DNA from: Leucoraja erinacea
Lineage: Eukaryota
Assembly (NCBI RefSeq): GCF_028641065.1
Contig: NC_073398.1
Span: 21,824,001 to 21,888,000 of the forward strand
Direction: 5' to 3'
DNA length: 64,000 bases
This document shows, one piece after another, positions 14,001 through 25,175 of this stretch (position 1 is the first letter of the stretch; every line of letters begins with the position of its first letter). A program made the position numbers and the translations under genes. The notes under the pieces are model-generated. The model did not search any database, was not told where the DNA came from, and worked only from the letters and a program-made list of their open reading frames with translations.

Positions 14001-17000
14001 ACTGTCAGCGATTTTCACAGAAGGCAAAGCTTTGCCCCAATTTTATGTTCTGTCGACAGCATTTTGTGTGTGGGTAGGGAATAGACATATGGCATCTCGG
14101 CTTGGGTCCCTTCTTCAGACTCTGAGTCTGAAGAAAAGTCCTGACCCGAAACTTCACCTATTCATGTTCTCCAGAGATGCTGCCTGACCCATGGAGTTTC
14201 TCCAGTGTTTTGTGTGTTTTTTTGAAAACCAGCATCTGCAGTCCTTTTGTCCTTCAATCAGCAAAATGAGAATTACAGATATAAAATATTAGGATTGCCA
14301 TAGCAAGCAAGTTGAAACTGGTGTCCAAATCGGTTAAATGGATATAATTGTCATGTGTTGCTGAGATTTAACCATCATATTTTTCTATTTCTTGCTTCTA
14401 TGTCTATAGAATATAAATGATGAGGCACCAATCTGCAACCCAGCCTACTATGAAACCACCATATATTCCACAATTAAAACTCCCTTCCTCCAACTCCAGT
14501 GTTCAGACAAAGACTCTGCCAATGACCAACTCCGTTACCTGATTGTGGGAGGTAAATGCAGACTCGTTTCTAATTTTAACTGTGGGTCACTAGTTGCTGG
14601 GCAGGTTTTAGTGTCACCAATTTTTTATATCCAACCTAAATCATCAGATATGATGCATCCCATTTACACTGCACACCTGCATTTAGGGTTAGGATAAGGT
14701 ATGTGTTTTTAATTTGGGTTTCTAGACGTAATCCAGACATGATAAAAATATTTTTGAACACAATATTACTCAATGTCATTTCTGGCAGCATTGATAACAT
14801 TGGTTATTCGCACACAAATAATTTATCTGAAAGTAGACACATAGTGCTGGAGTAACTCAGCGGTACAAGCAGCATCTCTGGATAGAAGGAATGGGTGACG
14901 TTTAGGGTCGAGACCCTTCTTCAGACGCAAACCAAAACGTCACCCATTCCTTCCCTCCAGTGATGCGGCCTGTCCTGCTGAGTTACTCCAGCATTTTGTA
15001 TCTATTTTCAGTTTAAACCAGCAGCTGCAATTCCTTCCTACATAAAGAATTTATCTGAATTGACTATCCATGTGGAGTGGGCTAGAAAGATTTAGCTAAA
15101 ACTCTGACTGCTCATGGTGGGCTTATGTAAACTACCTGGTTACTAAATCCAACCAGTACAATTGGTACTTTTGGAATTCTTAATTACAGAAGTAACATGA
15201 TATTGGTATTTAATCATGTTCCTGATATGAACATTTTATCTCTTGCCATCTGGCAAGAGAGACCGTAACATCAAAGCCCGGACAACCAGACTGCTAAACA
15301 GCTTCCTGCCACAGGCTGTGAGGCTGCTAAACAGTCACTCCACCTGATCCTGCAGCTTTGCACTGACATTTTAATAACTCTGGCACTGGCCACTCAAATC
15401 AGCTGCCCTGGACATTTTAATGACTGTTTTTATTGTATTTTAATGTTGCTGTTTTACCTGCTTTTAACTATTTATACTGTTTCATCATGGACTGGATTGT
15501 TTTTACTGTTATTATGTGTAAAATGTTTTAAGTTTCATGGGCGATGCTCCGGTATTCCCTGGGAAACGTCTTCTCATTTTGCACTGTACAACTGTTGCTT
15601 TGCAAGATGACAATAAAGGTTGATGATGATGATGATGATGATGAACGGTTCAGGTGGAAGTACCTGTGTTAGTGCTGATTCACTGGCCCGCTGTGCCAGC
15701 TCCACTGTCATGAGCATTGCTGACGTTATCAGTTTAATAATGGTCAGACATTCTCTATGTTGGATGAGGCAGAATAAGTTCCTGGTTCAACTTTATTTGA
15801 CTTTTAAACCTTGCACTTTATCTCAACATCACTATTTTGGGATTAAAATTGTACTGCTTAGTACAATTATTGAGACCCACCTCTGAACTTCCCAAGGGTC
15901 CTTATCTCCCATTAGGCTGTGGAGACGAGTCTTGGTGATGCCACGCCACTGTTTCCATGGGCTAGCCTACCCCAAAAAAACAATCATTTGGTGACTATGA
16001 ACAGTGTACAAGCTTTGGCCCTGAGCTGTTTGTGAATGTGCTATATATCCATATACATCCAGAAACTGTTGAGGTTTTTATACATGGAATCCTAGCAGTG
16101 GATATTTACACCATGTACAATGTTCTGTATATGGATTTTACTGATTTGGAATAGATTGTATTTTATCCTCAAGTCAAGTCAAGTCACATTTATTTCTATA
16201 GCACATTTAAAAAACACCTAAAGGTGACCACCTCTCGTGCTTTACATTGGTGGAGGTACTAACGTTATACAACAGTGATTCATAGATTAAGTACATATGT
16301 AAATACATACATATAGCCCTTAACGTTGTGCTTCTTTTTTTGTGTTTGCTCTTAGGCAACACACACAATCGCTTTGTGCTACAGAGAACGGATATGAACC
16401 TTCTGTCCGTGGCCACGACGCAAAGCTTCCAGTTCCACATCCCTGGTGGTGTGGAAGATCCAACGGACTATCAATTGTTGGTTCAAGTCACTGATGAGTT
16501 TGGAGGAACCAAAGCACACCAGCTAACCAGCACAGCAACAGTGGTTATACATGTTATCCCATGGACAACAACGCAACCAACCACCAGTACACCAACCACT
16601 CCGGTCAGTCTGGTATCACTATTAAACTACAGGAATCAACAATATTGTCCACTCCAGGAAGTACTAGCTTTATCTAAGCATTTTATCAGTTTCAGTTTTA
16701 TCAGTTTCATATACCCACATGTGTAAAAAAGTTGCTTCTCAGTTTCCTATTAAATCTTTCACCTCTCACCTTAAATCTATGACCTCTGTTTCCCTGAAAG
16801 ACATTGCGGATCAGTTGTGTAAAACAAAAATTCAATAGAAATGTAACATTCCAGATTATTGTTATTAAATGTTACCATTACCAAGGTGAAGTTTGAATTT
16901 GGGTCCCCCAGATTTGTTAGCCCACGCCTCAGGATTAGTAAATTAACCACTGCGTCACCAGTAAATAGGCAGAGACGTGCCGCTTTCAGGTAGTAAGTTT

Positions 17001-20000
17001 GCTTTTGAGTCCAGCAATGGGTTTAGTTTATATTACAAGGATTAGAACATTCTAGAATGGAGATTAGAAATCTAGGCCGACACTCCAATACCGAGCAGGT
17101 GCCGCTTTGACAGAAACCCACCTGCTGATCTATAATGTACTTCGTCTGCTTTTGAAAATTCCACAATTATTTAACTCTTAACGAAGAAATTGCATAAATA
17201 TGCTAAAAATAGAAATGTTGAAAGGTTATGGAAAAAACAGCTTGCGATTTAATTAACCAATCCACCTCCGTTTACAACATGGGAATACCTGCAAATGTGT
17301 AAATACCAGCTCTCTATTTTCTGCGGAAATTTCTTTACAGAAACGCGCTGAATTAAAAGCAATAGAAATGGATAATGAATAATAATTGGTGGTAATGCAA
17401 TGGTTATATTACTGATCCAGAAGCCAGCAAGGATATTATTAAGGATATTTAGGATATTATTGTGCATTGAACAGATTGTACCACAAGATTAACAGATGGA
17501 GTTCCCATGTCTGGGAGAGGTGCAGTGGGGATGTTCTTCCTTTATTGCTCCAGTGTTCCTCCAGTGCAGACCTGGCCGCCCTCCTGCTGTGAGCCTGGCT
17601 CCTGGTTCATTGGTGAGATGTAGTGCATGCAGCACCACACACTGGACCTTGCTCCACACACATGACTGTCTGCATTGCCAGAGAAACCCTGACCGAGGCT
17701 CACCTGCGTCGATGTTGCCACTGACATGGGATGATTGTGAATGCCTGAAACATTCACAAATCTGCAAAGTGGATGGAACGGATTCCCTAGTTTGATCTGC
17801 CGGCTTTAGGCATCAGTTTGACTGGAATGGAAGCTGATCGGCAAGTCCGATTATTTTCTAGGACCATGATAAGTAGACTCATTATGGTACATTGTAATGT
17901 TTTAATCACGTTTCTGTTTGTAACAGTTTACCACAGCTGTGCTGATACGGATCTCGTGGTACTGGAGTCCGGATGGTTGGTTTGTGGCCCTGCTGGTTTT
18001 ATTAGGAGCATCCGCTTTTACAGGACTCTACGTACTGGCGTGGGCTCTCCTCAAGAAGTAAGGCTGCCTGTGTGTGTTAACATCTATGAGGTCCTTACGT
18101 CAGTCCTCTACCTTCCATGAACATTACTTTCATTATCATAAACCAATGGCTAACGCTATCTTTTAATGTCTGGCAGTCATCCCAGATATGGCCGGTTCTT
18201 TCCGAAATGTGAGAAACCTGAAAAAACACCTGGGAACCACATCACTAAAGCTGGCCCAAAACGACCAAGGTACCATAATATTGAACTTCACTTGGTGGAT
18301 GATAAATGCCGTAATACTGCACAGAATAATGTATTTTTTTTTTTTTAGGAGTTTCCCTCCATTGGATGAAAAGCCAAACTTAAGTGACAAATGGACACTA
18401 CTCCCTGTTGATTCACTGACAGGATTTGGCCAAGTATGTTATTAACCAGATGTAATTTTAGACGGTGTGACAATGTTCAAATCGCTTTGCACTTTGGGTG
18501 TGGTTTTCTGTCAGTTTAAAATCCTACTTGTGCTTGACTTTGTGGTGTTCAGAACCATGTTGGTTAATGTACGGTGTGTAGGAGATCCATCACTGTTACC
18601 TTACTTGAATTGTCTAACAGTAAATTTTCTTTGACCAACTCCAGTTCTGCTACCTTATCCTCATGCTTGAAGCTTTTCCTGTATTTCAACAATGTAAAGC
18701 CACTTCATTTTCATTTGCTCATTTTCCTATACAAGGACACTATAGTGCCTCGCAACACAAATTCACAATACCTACTTTCCACACTGCTGTGCTGAGCTCA
18801 CTCCCTTGACTGAATGTCAATGAAATCAAATGTAGAAACTAAAATAACTCTAAATTACCTACAGGAATATTGTTTGTAAAGATACAGGGTTAATTGTGAA
18901 ATTACCATTGTGATCCTTCAAATAAGTCTTCGATACAAACTCGCTTTCCCATGATTGACAAAGCAATAAATTAAACAATCATGTCATCTACATCTGCCTC
19001 TGGGAATATGAAAGTGTTGAATCAATTTATTTTTAAAAATCAACAGGATTTTCACAATGAACCCTGTGGAATTTAACCTATATCTCAACTAGCAATTGTC
19101 TCACTGATGACCGTTGGAGTTAATTTAGTTAATACAGTTTAACAAGTTAGTATATGTGTGCAATAAGTGGGGAGACCTCCCTTAGTTGTCAACACATTGT
19201 ACAAATGGATGAGTGATTTGCCTTTCTTCCACAAGGCGAGTGTGGGGGCAATAATCGGCAGCCAGCGAGGCTTCGCTGACAGCAGTGGAATTCTTTGGCT
19301 TGGTAGATGTCCAATAACTGGTGAGACTGTGCAATGGAAGTGTTTGGAGGCGGCAGTGAAGGATTAACAGAATTTGTTCAGCTTTTGTTGCCAAGGGTTG
19401 ATTTTTGCCTGAGGACAGCACAGAGTGTGGTCAGGGTTTATTTTCATTTAATGTCATGGGGAAAATAAAACTCTGATTGTCCCGTCTCTTGGGTTTTGGC
19501 CACAGTCATGGCTGAAGGGGCTGTCCCACTTGGGTGACCTAATTGGCGAGTTTAGAAGAATTAAAAAAAATGTCATGTTGAACACCTCCTTCGACTAGCT
19601 ACAACTGACTTCGGGAAAATTGGATATCGAATAGTGGAGAGTGTAGACAACCTTCTTCGAACTCCTTCGACCTCCCTTCGACTATGATGAAGACTATCTA
19701 CCACTACCTTTGACTACCCTCAATTACCTACGACTAACATGCCGACCTACTATGACCTACTACGCCAAAACCTACGAGTAAAAAAAGTATAGATTTTTTT
19801 CCATGGCGACCTTTTTTTGCAGGCATTTTTCAACATGTTGGAAAATACGCCGTGACTTAGCTGAGGCCTTGAGTACACGGGGACTACTCTCGAGCATGAA
19901 GGAGAGTTACATAGACCTCCTACAACCTTGTGTCGACCATGCTGCGAGTATGAGTCGAGGGCAAATTCGCCAATTAGGTCGCCCAAGTGGGACAGCCCCT

Positions 20001-23000
20001 TTACCTGTCCCAGAAGGATAAAAAGCAAACATATGTGCACTGATATGTTATCTGGTGGTTAAAGAAACAATAATGTAAACCACTACATTTCTGTTTTCTA
20101 TTCTCTGCCGATCTATTTCTGTTTTTATCTCCTTCCTCCAACATGTAAATTACTCCCATGTATTGGTGCAAATTTAGGGGTAGTTGATCTGGTTTGTGTC
20201 TTAATATTGGAAGTTCTCTGATGGAATAGTGTGCAGAACAGATTGGAGATTGTGTCATGGTTTGTGCATCACCAACATTCAAGAGGAATTTACCTGGATT
20301 TTGGAAAGTGATTCATTGTGTTCACCACATTAAAAGGCAAAGCTGGCACAAAATAAAAGCACGTTGTATGAATGTAATATGCAAAGCTGATTATAGAATA
20401 ATTTAAACAGATATAGTAGCTGGGAGGTCATGTTGCAGTTGATTTGGATGTTGGTGAGGCCACATTTAGAGTATTGTGTTCAGTTCTGGGCACCGTGTTA
20501 CAGGAAAGATATTATCAAGCTGGATAGGGCACAATGAAAATTTACGAGGATGCTGCCAGGACTAGAGGGTCTGAGCTATAAGCAGAGGTTGAGTAGGGTG
20601 GGTCTCTATTCATGGAGTGCAGGAGGATGAGGGGTGATCTTATAAAGGTGTATACGATCTTGAGAGAAATAGATCGGGTAGATGCACAGAGTCTCTTGCC
20701 CAGAGTAGGTTAATCGAGGACCAGAGGACATAGGTTTAAGGCGGAGGGGAAAAGATTTAATAGGAATATGAGGGGTAACCTTTTCACACAAAGGGTGGTG
20801 GATGTATGGAACAAGCTGTCAGAGGAGGTAGTTGAATGGTACATGGATAGGACAGGTTTGGAGGGATATGGATAAAATGCTGGCAGGTGGGACAAGTGTA
20901 GGTGGGACATGTTAGTCGGTGTGGGCAAGTTGGACCAAAGGGCTTGTTTCCACACTGTATCACTTTATGACTAAGTAAATTAAGACTTGTCAGCAAGTAA
21001 ATAATATTGCACAATACTAGGGAGACTTCCTTTCCTGTACTCATCACAGCCAGACATTTCAGCATAAGTAAAGTAGTTACTGGAGTTAAGTTCTTTAATT
21101 ATATTTTGTTAGGAAGATTATCCAAAAGGCCACTCTAATCCTCCTGTGACTGCATTTCAGTCATTTCCTGGGGACAGTATTTCTTATTAACTGAAATGTA
21201 TTGTCAATCTGAGTAAAAACCCTCATCAATCGCTTGTTCCCAGGCCCCTTGCACTGCCAGATATATTTCACAATGAGCACAGTTGCAAGATACACAAGCA
21301 CACATGTTTATGAAGTTTAGGCTGTTGTCACAAATCACCTTGTTCCTCCAGTATAATTGGACAAGCTAGGATTCTGGGCTTCCCTAAACAGCACAGAAAA
21401 AGCCTGATTTGGACTTAAGCTGACTTACTAACATGTTTGCAGTGATTCAAGTATCACCAGGGCGGCACAATTGGACACTTCTTGCCCTGGGATTTATACA
21501 CTTCAGGATAAATTAAAGGCTGTGAATGTGTGGCCATCAGTGACCCACAAAAAATAGATGACTTTCCTTGTGTGGTTTCCCCATTCAGGTGTGCTCATCA
21601 GATCATAAGTGATAGGACCAGAATCAAGTCTACTCTGTTATTCAATCAAGGCTGATTCACCTCTCCCTCTTAATATTATTCACCTGCCTTCTCACCATAA
21701 CCATTAACACCCGTACTAATCAAGAGATTAGTACCCCTAAGAATAAGGAGTAAGCCATTACGTGCTGTAATTGTTATATGGTTATCTTCTGAGTGCAGGT
21801 AGATGGGACTAGGGGCGAATAAGTGTTCGGCACGGACTAGAAGGGCCGAGATGGCCTGTTTCCGTGCTGTAATTGTTATATGGTTAGTAAGGGATTACTG
21901 GGGCCGAGGGAAGCTGGCTCCAGCAGTTATGATAAGGCCTAGTGGTGGCAATGCCTTTTGTAACACTACATCAAGGGTCAGCCAGGTGGTGGGAAGTAGA
22001 GGAGGTAAGAGATGCAGAATAAGAGTCTCGCCCTCAACCAAAGAGCTGAGAAAGCATTAGCAGCAGACAAAATTAAGCTGAACTGGTTGTCATTGCTGAG
22101 TTAGAAAGAGGAAACCATTTTGCTGGCATGTATTTAGTGTTATGGTAGCCACATCATTAGACACTAGCTAATTTCCCCCATCATCTTACTCACCTGAAGC
22201 TGCATGGCAGGTACATCTTGACACCGGGAAATATTGTGTTTTGGTGCATAGCAGCATCATTTGTATTTGTGTCTTATACAGATAAAGCCTGGACTTGGTA
22301 AAGTACTTTCAGTGCTTCAGTTAAGGGCCTGTCCCACGAACATGTGACTGCATGCGGCAAGTGCGACCTAACGTGGTCTCTTGAGCCATACGGCCTCGCG
22401 GGGCCGGTCCCACTTCGATCGCCGGAGCCATATGGAGTTGTGCGGAGCTGGTCCCGACATCGCGTGGGACTCAGAAAAACTGACACTGTCCAAAAATTCC
22501 GCGCGGCAACGGCCTGCCGGCCCGCAGCCGCATTGAGGCCGTATGCACCGCCTCGACGGGTGTGCGCAGCGTCTTGATGCCGTACGCAGCGTCTTAACGC
22601 CGTACGTCACGCGTGAACCTCCCGCGGACTTCTCTTGATCTTCACGTCAACTCGTACGGGATCACTCGACCTCCGTGCGGCCCCCGCTTCCGGTTTGGTT
22701 GCGCTCGCCGCATGCAGTCGCATGCTTGTGGTACAGACCCTGGAAATTCAGTACGTACAGTACAGAGGCGGGTCTCGCCTTTTGTTAATATTCCTTTCAA
22801 AAACTAAATGGTTGCACAGAAGTATTAACTTTAATTGATCCCAAATGTGAATATGGATGCTGCAGCTGCAAGTTTTTTTAAAACCTCACTTGCTCTCAAA
22901 ATGTTAGATTTTTTTACAGGGGAAAGTTGATTTTGTCTTTGTTCCACATCATAAACTAATTAACATTCATGCAGCCTCCAGGCCTCCAGGCAAAAGGGGA

Positions 23001-25175
23001 CAAATCGCCTAGGGACACAGTATCCCTGTAAACGCATCTTTCTTGCATCTGAACTTCATTATTTATCTAATTGCCAACATGTGGCATAAACAGCTCATGA
23101 ATGATGTATCAAAACATTTATCTTCTATTTTTATTGAATTACCACTTAAAGTGCTCATTAAATATTAATTTCTTATTTTATTCATCACAATACTATTCAC
23201 ATATTTTGCCCTGGTTCATTCATGGGAATATATTTGTTTGAATGATAATAATGGTGATTTGAAAGAAAAAGAGATAAGATAGTTTGGAACCGTATTTGAT
23301 TTGGGATTATTAAGTGTATCGATGTAGCTCGCTGGTATTTAAAGGATGAGAGGGGCATCTCATTGTGACCCACAAAATAATGAAAGGCCTTGTGGATATG
23401 GAGAGGATGTTTCCAGTAGTGGGAGAGTGTAGGTCCAAAGGGCACAGCCTCAGAATAAAAGATGTACTTTTAGAATGGAGATGAGAAGGGAATTCTTTAG
23501 TCAGAGGGTGGTAAATCTGTGCAATACATTGCCACATATAGCAGAGGAGGCTAAGCCTGTGGGTATTTTTAAAGCAAAGATAAATAAGTTCTTAATCAGT
23601 AAGGGTGTCATAGGTTATGGGGACAAGGCAGGGAAGTGGGGCTGAGAGGAAAAAATAGATCAGTCATGATCGAACGACGGACCAGACTCTATGGGCCGAA
23701 TGGCCTAATTCTTCTCCTATTTCTTATGATCTATTATATGAAATAAAAGCAGAATTGTTCTTAGCAATTATGTTTTTTGTGGTCAGTCTTTTCAGCCAAC
23801 ATATTCCCTGTGGTTCCTTGCATACAAAGATCATATGTGATCACAATAGAAATGCATATTCGGTATTTTTGTAATGAAATTGTATTGTTGATATTCCTTT
23901 GATCTGCTAGTTGGATCCTGTTGTGCAAATATGTTATCCATTTAAAAATATTACTGTGTGTGCTTCATTAATTTATTAACTTCAATTTCAGCCTTTGGAT
24001 CAGTTTGATGGACGTACTGTAGATGAAGGTAATTATCAAGTTTCATGCTTCCCTCTTCTATTGTTTTAGTAGAAAAGATTATTTTAATCTTTCTCAGGAT
24101 GATTGAATACAGCAAGCTAACTTCCTAACTTCTCAATCAGCAAAAGAATGCCTCAGGGAAACATATATGGTGATAGAATTTCATGCAGGGATTAAATTCT
24201 AATTGTATAATACTTAAATATGTGTATGATTTTTGTGCTTTGACCTCTCCGTGACATTAAATTCTTCTGTCCCTTTTGCGTATTATTAACACAAACTCTC
24301 TGGCATTCCAATTCATTAAACTGGGATAGTTGAACAGGCACCAAATTAAGGAAGCTGTAGAATAAAATTGTAATGGATCCTCATGAATATACATTGTCAC
24401 CCTGACACAAAAGCAAGAGGAAATGGCAATAAAACCTTAATATATATCTGTCTGATGCTGAGACCTGAGTACCAGGTCACTGAGGACCAGGTCATTGGCC
24501 AGCAGTTACCCTTGCAATTAAATCTTGTTCTACATTTTGTCAGCAACCCACTGAACCAAGTAAAAGCAGAAGGAAAGGACTGCAGATGCTGGTTTAAACC
24601 GAAGATAGACACAAAATGCTGGAGTAACTCAGTGGGACAGGCAGCATATCTGGAGAGAAAGAATGGATGACGTTTTGGGTCGAGACTCAGTCTGAAGAAG
24701 GGTCTTGACCCAAAATGTCACCTGTTCGTTCTCTCCAGGGATGCTGCCTGTCCTGCTGAGTTACTCCAGCATTTTGTGTATATCTTTAAGTGACAGGCTA
24801 ATATTAAAGTTCAAATTTACTATCTGGCTCTCTAATATTCATTTCCTCAAGACTTAAAAGAAGGAAGGAAATAAGAAGTATTTGGTACTACTAATCTTTG
24901 CTGTATTTATACTCCTCACTAGCGCTTCCACACGCATGCACACGCACACACGCACACACCTAACTATATAAATGTAGCTTCCTATTCATTTCTCCCGCAA
25001 GTGCTTTACTGTTATATTGGTACTGCTGCATAGATTCTGATTATGATCGGTCTGTAATGCCACACAGTGAATATAAAAGAAGAAGAGTTCGGATTAATTC
25101 CATCTGCTTTGTTTAGTGTCGGGAAAATCCTATTTATTCAACAGCCGGACTGGGCAGAGAAGATGGGTCAATTAA
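2003..25175 (+). CDS. cdhr4-like: Gene A: cadherin-related family member 4-like (CDHR3/CDHR4 family), 5'-partial, 16 exons; exon 6 disrupted as assembled
   Basis: 16 GT-AG exons with consistent phases. Cadherin motifs (PE/DE, DxD, LDYD, DxNDxxP), stalk PWTTTQPTT, juxtamembrane [13 protein letters not shown] and C-terminus [27 protein letters not shown] resemble, from memory, the CDHR4/CDHR3 tail. Confidence 0.85.
2800..2910 (+). CDS. Gene A exon A2 (111 nt): [37 protein letters not shown]
   Basis: ttcag|TTT..AAG|gtacat; LDYD motif. Confidence 0.9.
3000..3112 (+). CDS. Gene A exon A3 (113 nt): [37 protein letters not shown]
   Basis: ggcag|CAA..TT|gtgagt; NLNDE calcium linker; paralog exon also 113 nt. 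Confidence 0.9.
7695..7837 (+). CDS. Gene A exon A4 (143 nt): [47 protein letters not shown]
   Basis: ctaag|G..A|gtgagt; ATDxD motif. Confidence 0.9.
8303..8363 (-). mobile_element. Very short 5'-truncated retroposon tail with 14-bp TSD
   Basis: attttaaatatctt at 8289-8302 and 8364-8377 flank (cagatt)n-caattttaattgtcattgtc. Confidence 0.7.
8401..8581 (+). CDS. Gene A exon A5 (181 nt): [14 protein letters not shown]...[16 protein letters not shown]
   Basis: cacag|AC..AA|gtgagt; DINDNAP; paralog exon also 181 nt. Confidence 0.92.
9530..9792 (+). CDS. Gene A exon A6, interrupted by a 106-bp insertion (157 nt without it): [52 protein letters not shown]
   Basis: tgcag|T..CAA|gtaagt; in-frame TAG at 9651-9653; paralog exon 42006-42162 is 157 nt. 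Confidence 0.82.
10714..10819 (+). CDS. Gene A exon A7 (106 nt): [35 protein letters not shown]
   Basis: tgcag|ATT..A|gtgagt; DGGxPxL motif. Confidence 0.92.
11230..11445 (+). CDS. Gene A exon A8 (216 nt): [16 protein letters not shown]...VAENSPIGT...[10 protein letters not shown]
   Basis: gacag|GC..TCAG|gttatc; paralog exon also 216 nt. Confidence 0.92.
11941..12086 (+). CDS. Gene A exon A9 (146 nt): [49 protein letters not shown]
   Basis: accag|GG..CTG|gtaaag; paralog exon also 146 nt. Confidence 0.9.
13271..13440. mobile_element. Fold-back Penelope-like pseudo-LTR element
   Basis: gatagacacaaaatgctggagtagctcagcgggacag ... ctgtcccgttgagctactccagcattttgtgtttatc inverted arms. Confidence 0.7.
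14080..14250. mobile_element. Penelope-like pseudo-LTR fragment with degenerate hammerhead core
   Basis: cttcttcagactctgagtctgaagaaaagtcctgacccgaaacttcacc. Confidence 0.6.
14410..14551 (+). CDS. Gene A exon A10 (142 nt): [47 protein letters not shown]
   Basis: tatag|AAT..G|gtaaat; paralog exon also 142 nt. Confidence 0.92.
14833..15041. mobile_element. Fold-back Penelope-like element
   Basis: tagacac..tgctggagtaactcagc ... gctgagttactccagcattttgtatcta. Confidence 0.7.
15235..15643 (+). mobile_element. Rex1/Babar-type LINE 3' end with (TGA)n tail
   Basis: encodes [29 protein letters not shown] (Rex/Babar ORF C-terminus), then gacaataaagg and (tga)n. Confidence 0.75.
16356..16603 (+). CDS. 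Gene A exon A11 (248 nt): end of last cadherin repeat plus Thr-rich stalk (...[20 protein letters not shown])
   Basis: cttag|GC..CCG|gtcagt; within ORF 16328-16726. Confidence 0.9.
17927..18057 (+). CDS. Gene A exon A12 (131 nt), transmembrane: [43 protein letters not shown]
   Basis: aacag|TTT..AA|gtaagg; hydrophobic helix; paralog exon also 131 nt. Confidence 0.9.
18177..18269 (+). CDS. Gene A exon A13 (93 nt), cytoplasmic: [30 protein letters not shown]
   Basis: ggcag|T..AG|gtacca; phase 2-2 consistent. Confidence 0.72.
18349..18433 (+). CDS. Gene A exon A14 (85 nt), cytoplasmic: [28 protein letters not shown]
   Basis: poly-T ag|G..CAA|gtatgt; phase 2-0 consistent. Confidence 0.75.
19516..20000. 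mobile_element. Non-autonomous DNA transposon (PIF/Harbinger-like MITE)
   Basis: TIRs aggggctgtcccacttggg(t/c)gacctaattggcga; flanks tga/tta resemble a 3-bp TWA target. Confidence 0.8.
20407..20970 (+). mobile_element. CR1-type LINE 3' fragment
   Basis: degenerate [27 protein letters not shown]-type RT C-terminal sequence and typical 3' tail. Confidence 0.8.
22324..22741. mobile_element. CpG-rich PIF/Harbinger-like MITE
   Basis: tta|agggcctgtcccacgaacatgtgactgcatgcggc ... gccgcatgcagtcgcatgcttgtggtacagaccct; imperfect TIRs of about 45 bp. Confidence 0.75.
23340..23735 (+). mobile_element. CR1-type LINE 3' fragment
   Basis: gagaggatgtttccagtagtgggagag...gggcacagcctcagaataaa...gggccgaatggcctaattct. 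Confidence 0.75.
23992..24028 (+). CDS. Gene A exon A15 (37 nt): [12 protein letters not shown]
   Basis: ttcag|CCT..G|gtaatt; FDG motif of the CDHR3/4 tail. Confidence 0.85.
24573..24785. mobile_element. Fold-back Penelope-like element
   Basis: inverted arms around gagactcagtctgaagaagggtcttgacccaaaatgtcacc. Confidence 0.7.
25117..25175 (+). CDS. Gene A terminal coding exon: [19 protein letters not shown]
   Basis: tttag|TG..TAA; YxFNxxTGxRxW motif. Confidence 0.88.

Noticed and set aside
15620-15886. ORF starting with poly-Met
   Set aside because: This is the (TGA)n tail of a Rex/Babar LINE.
22274-22838. CpG-island-like segment with overlapping ORFs, as a promoter or small gene
   Set aside because: It coincides with a TIR-bounded MITE.
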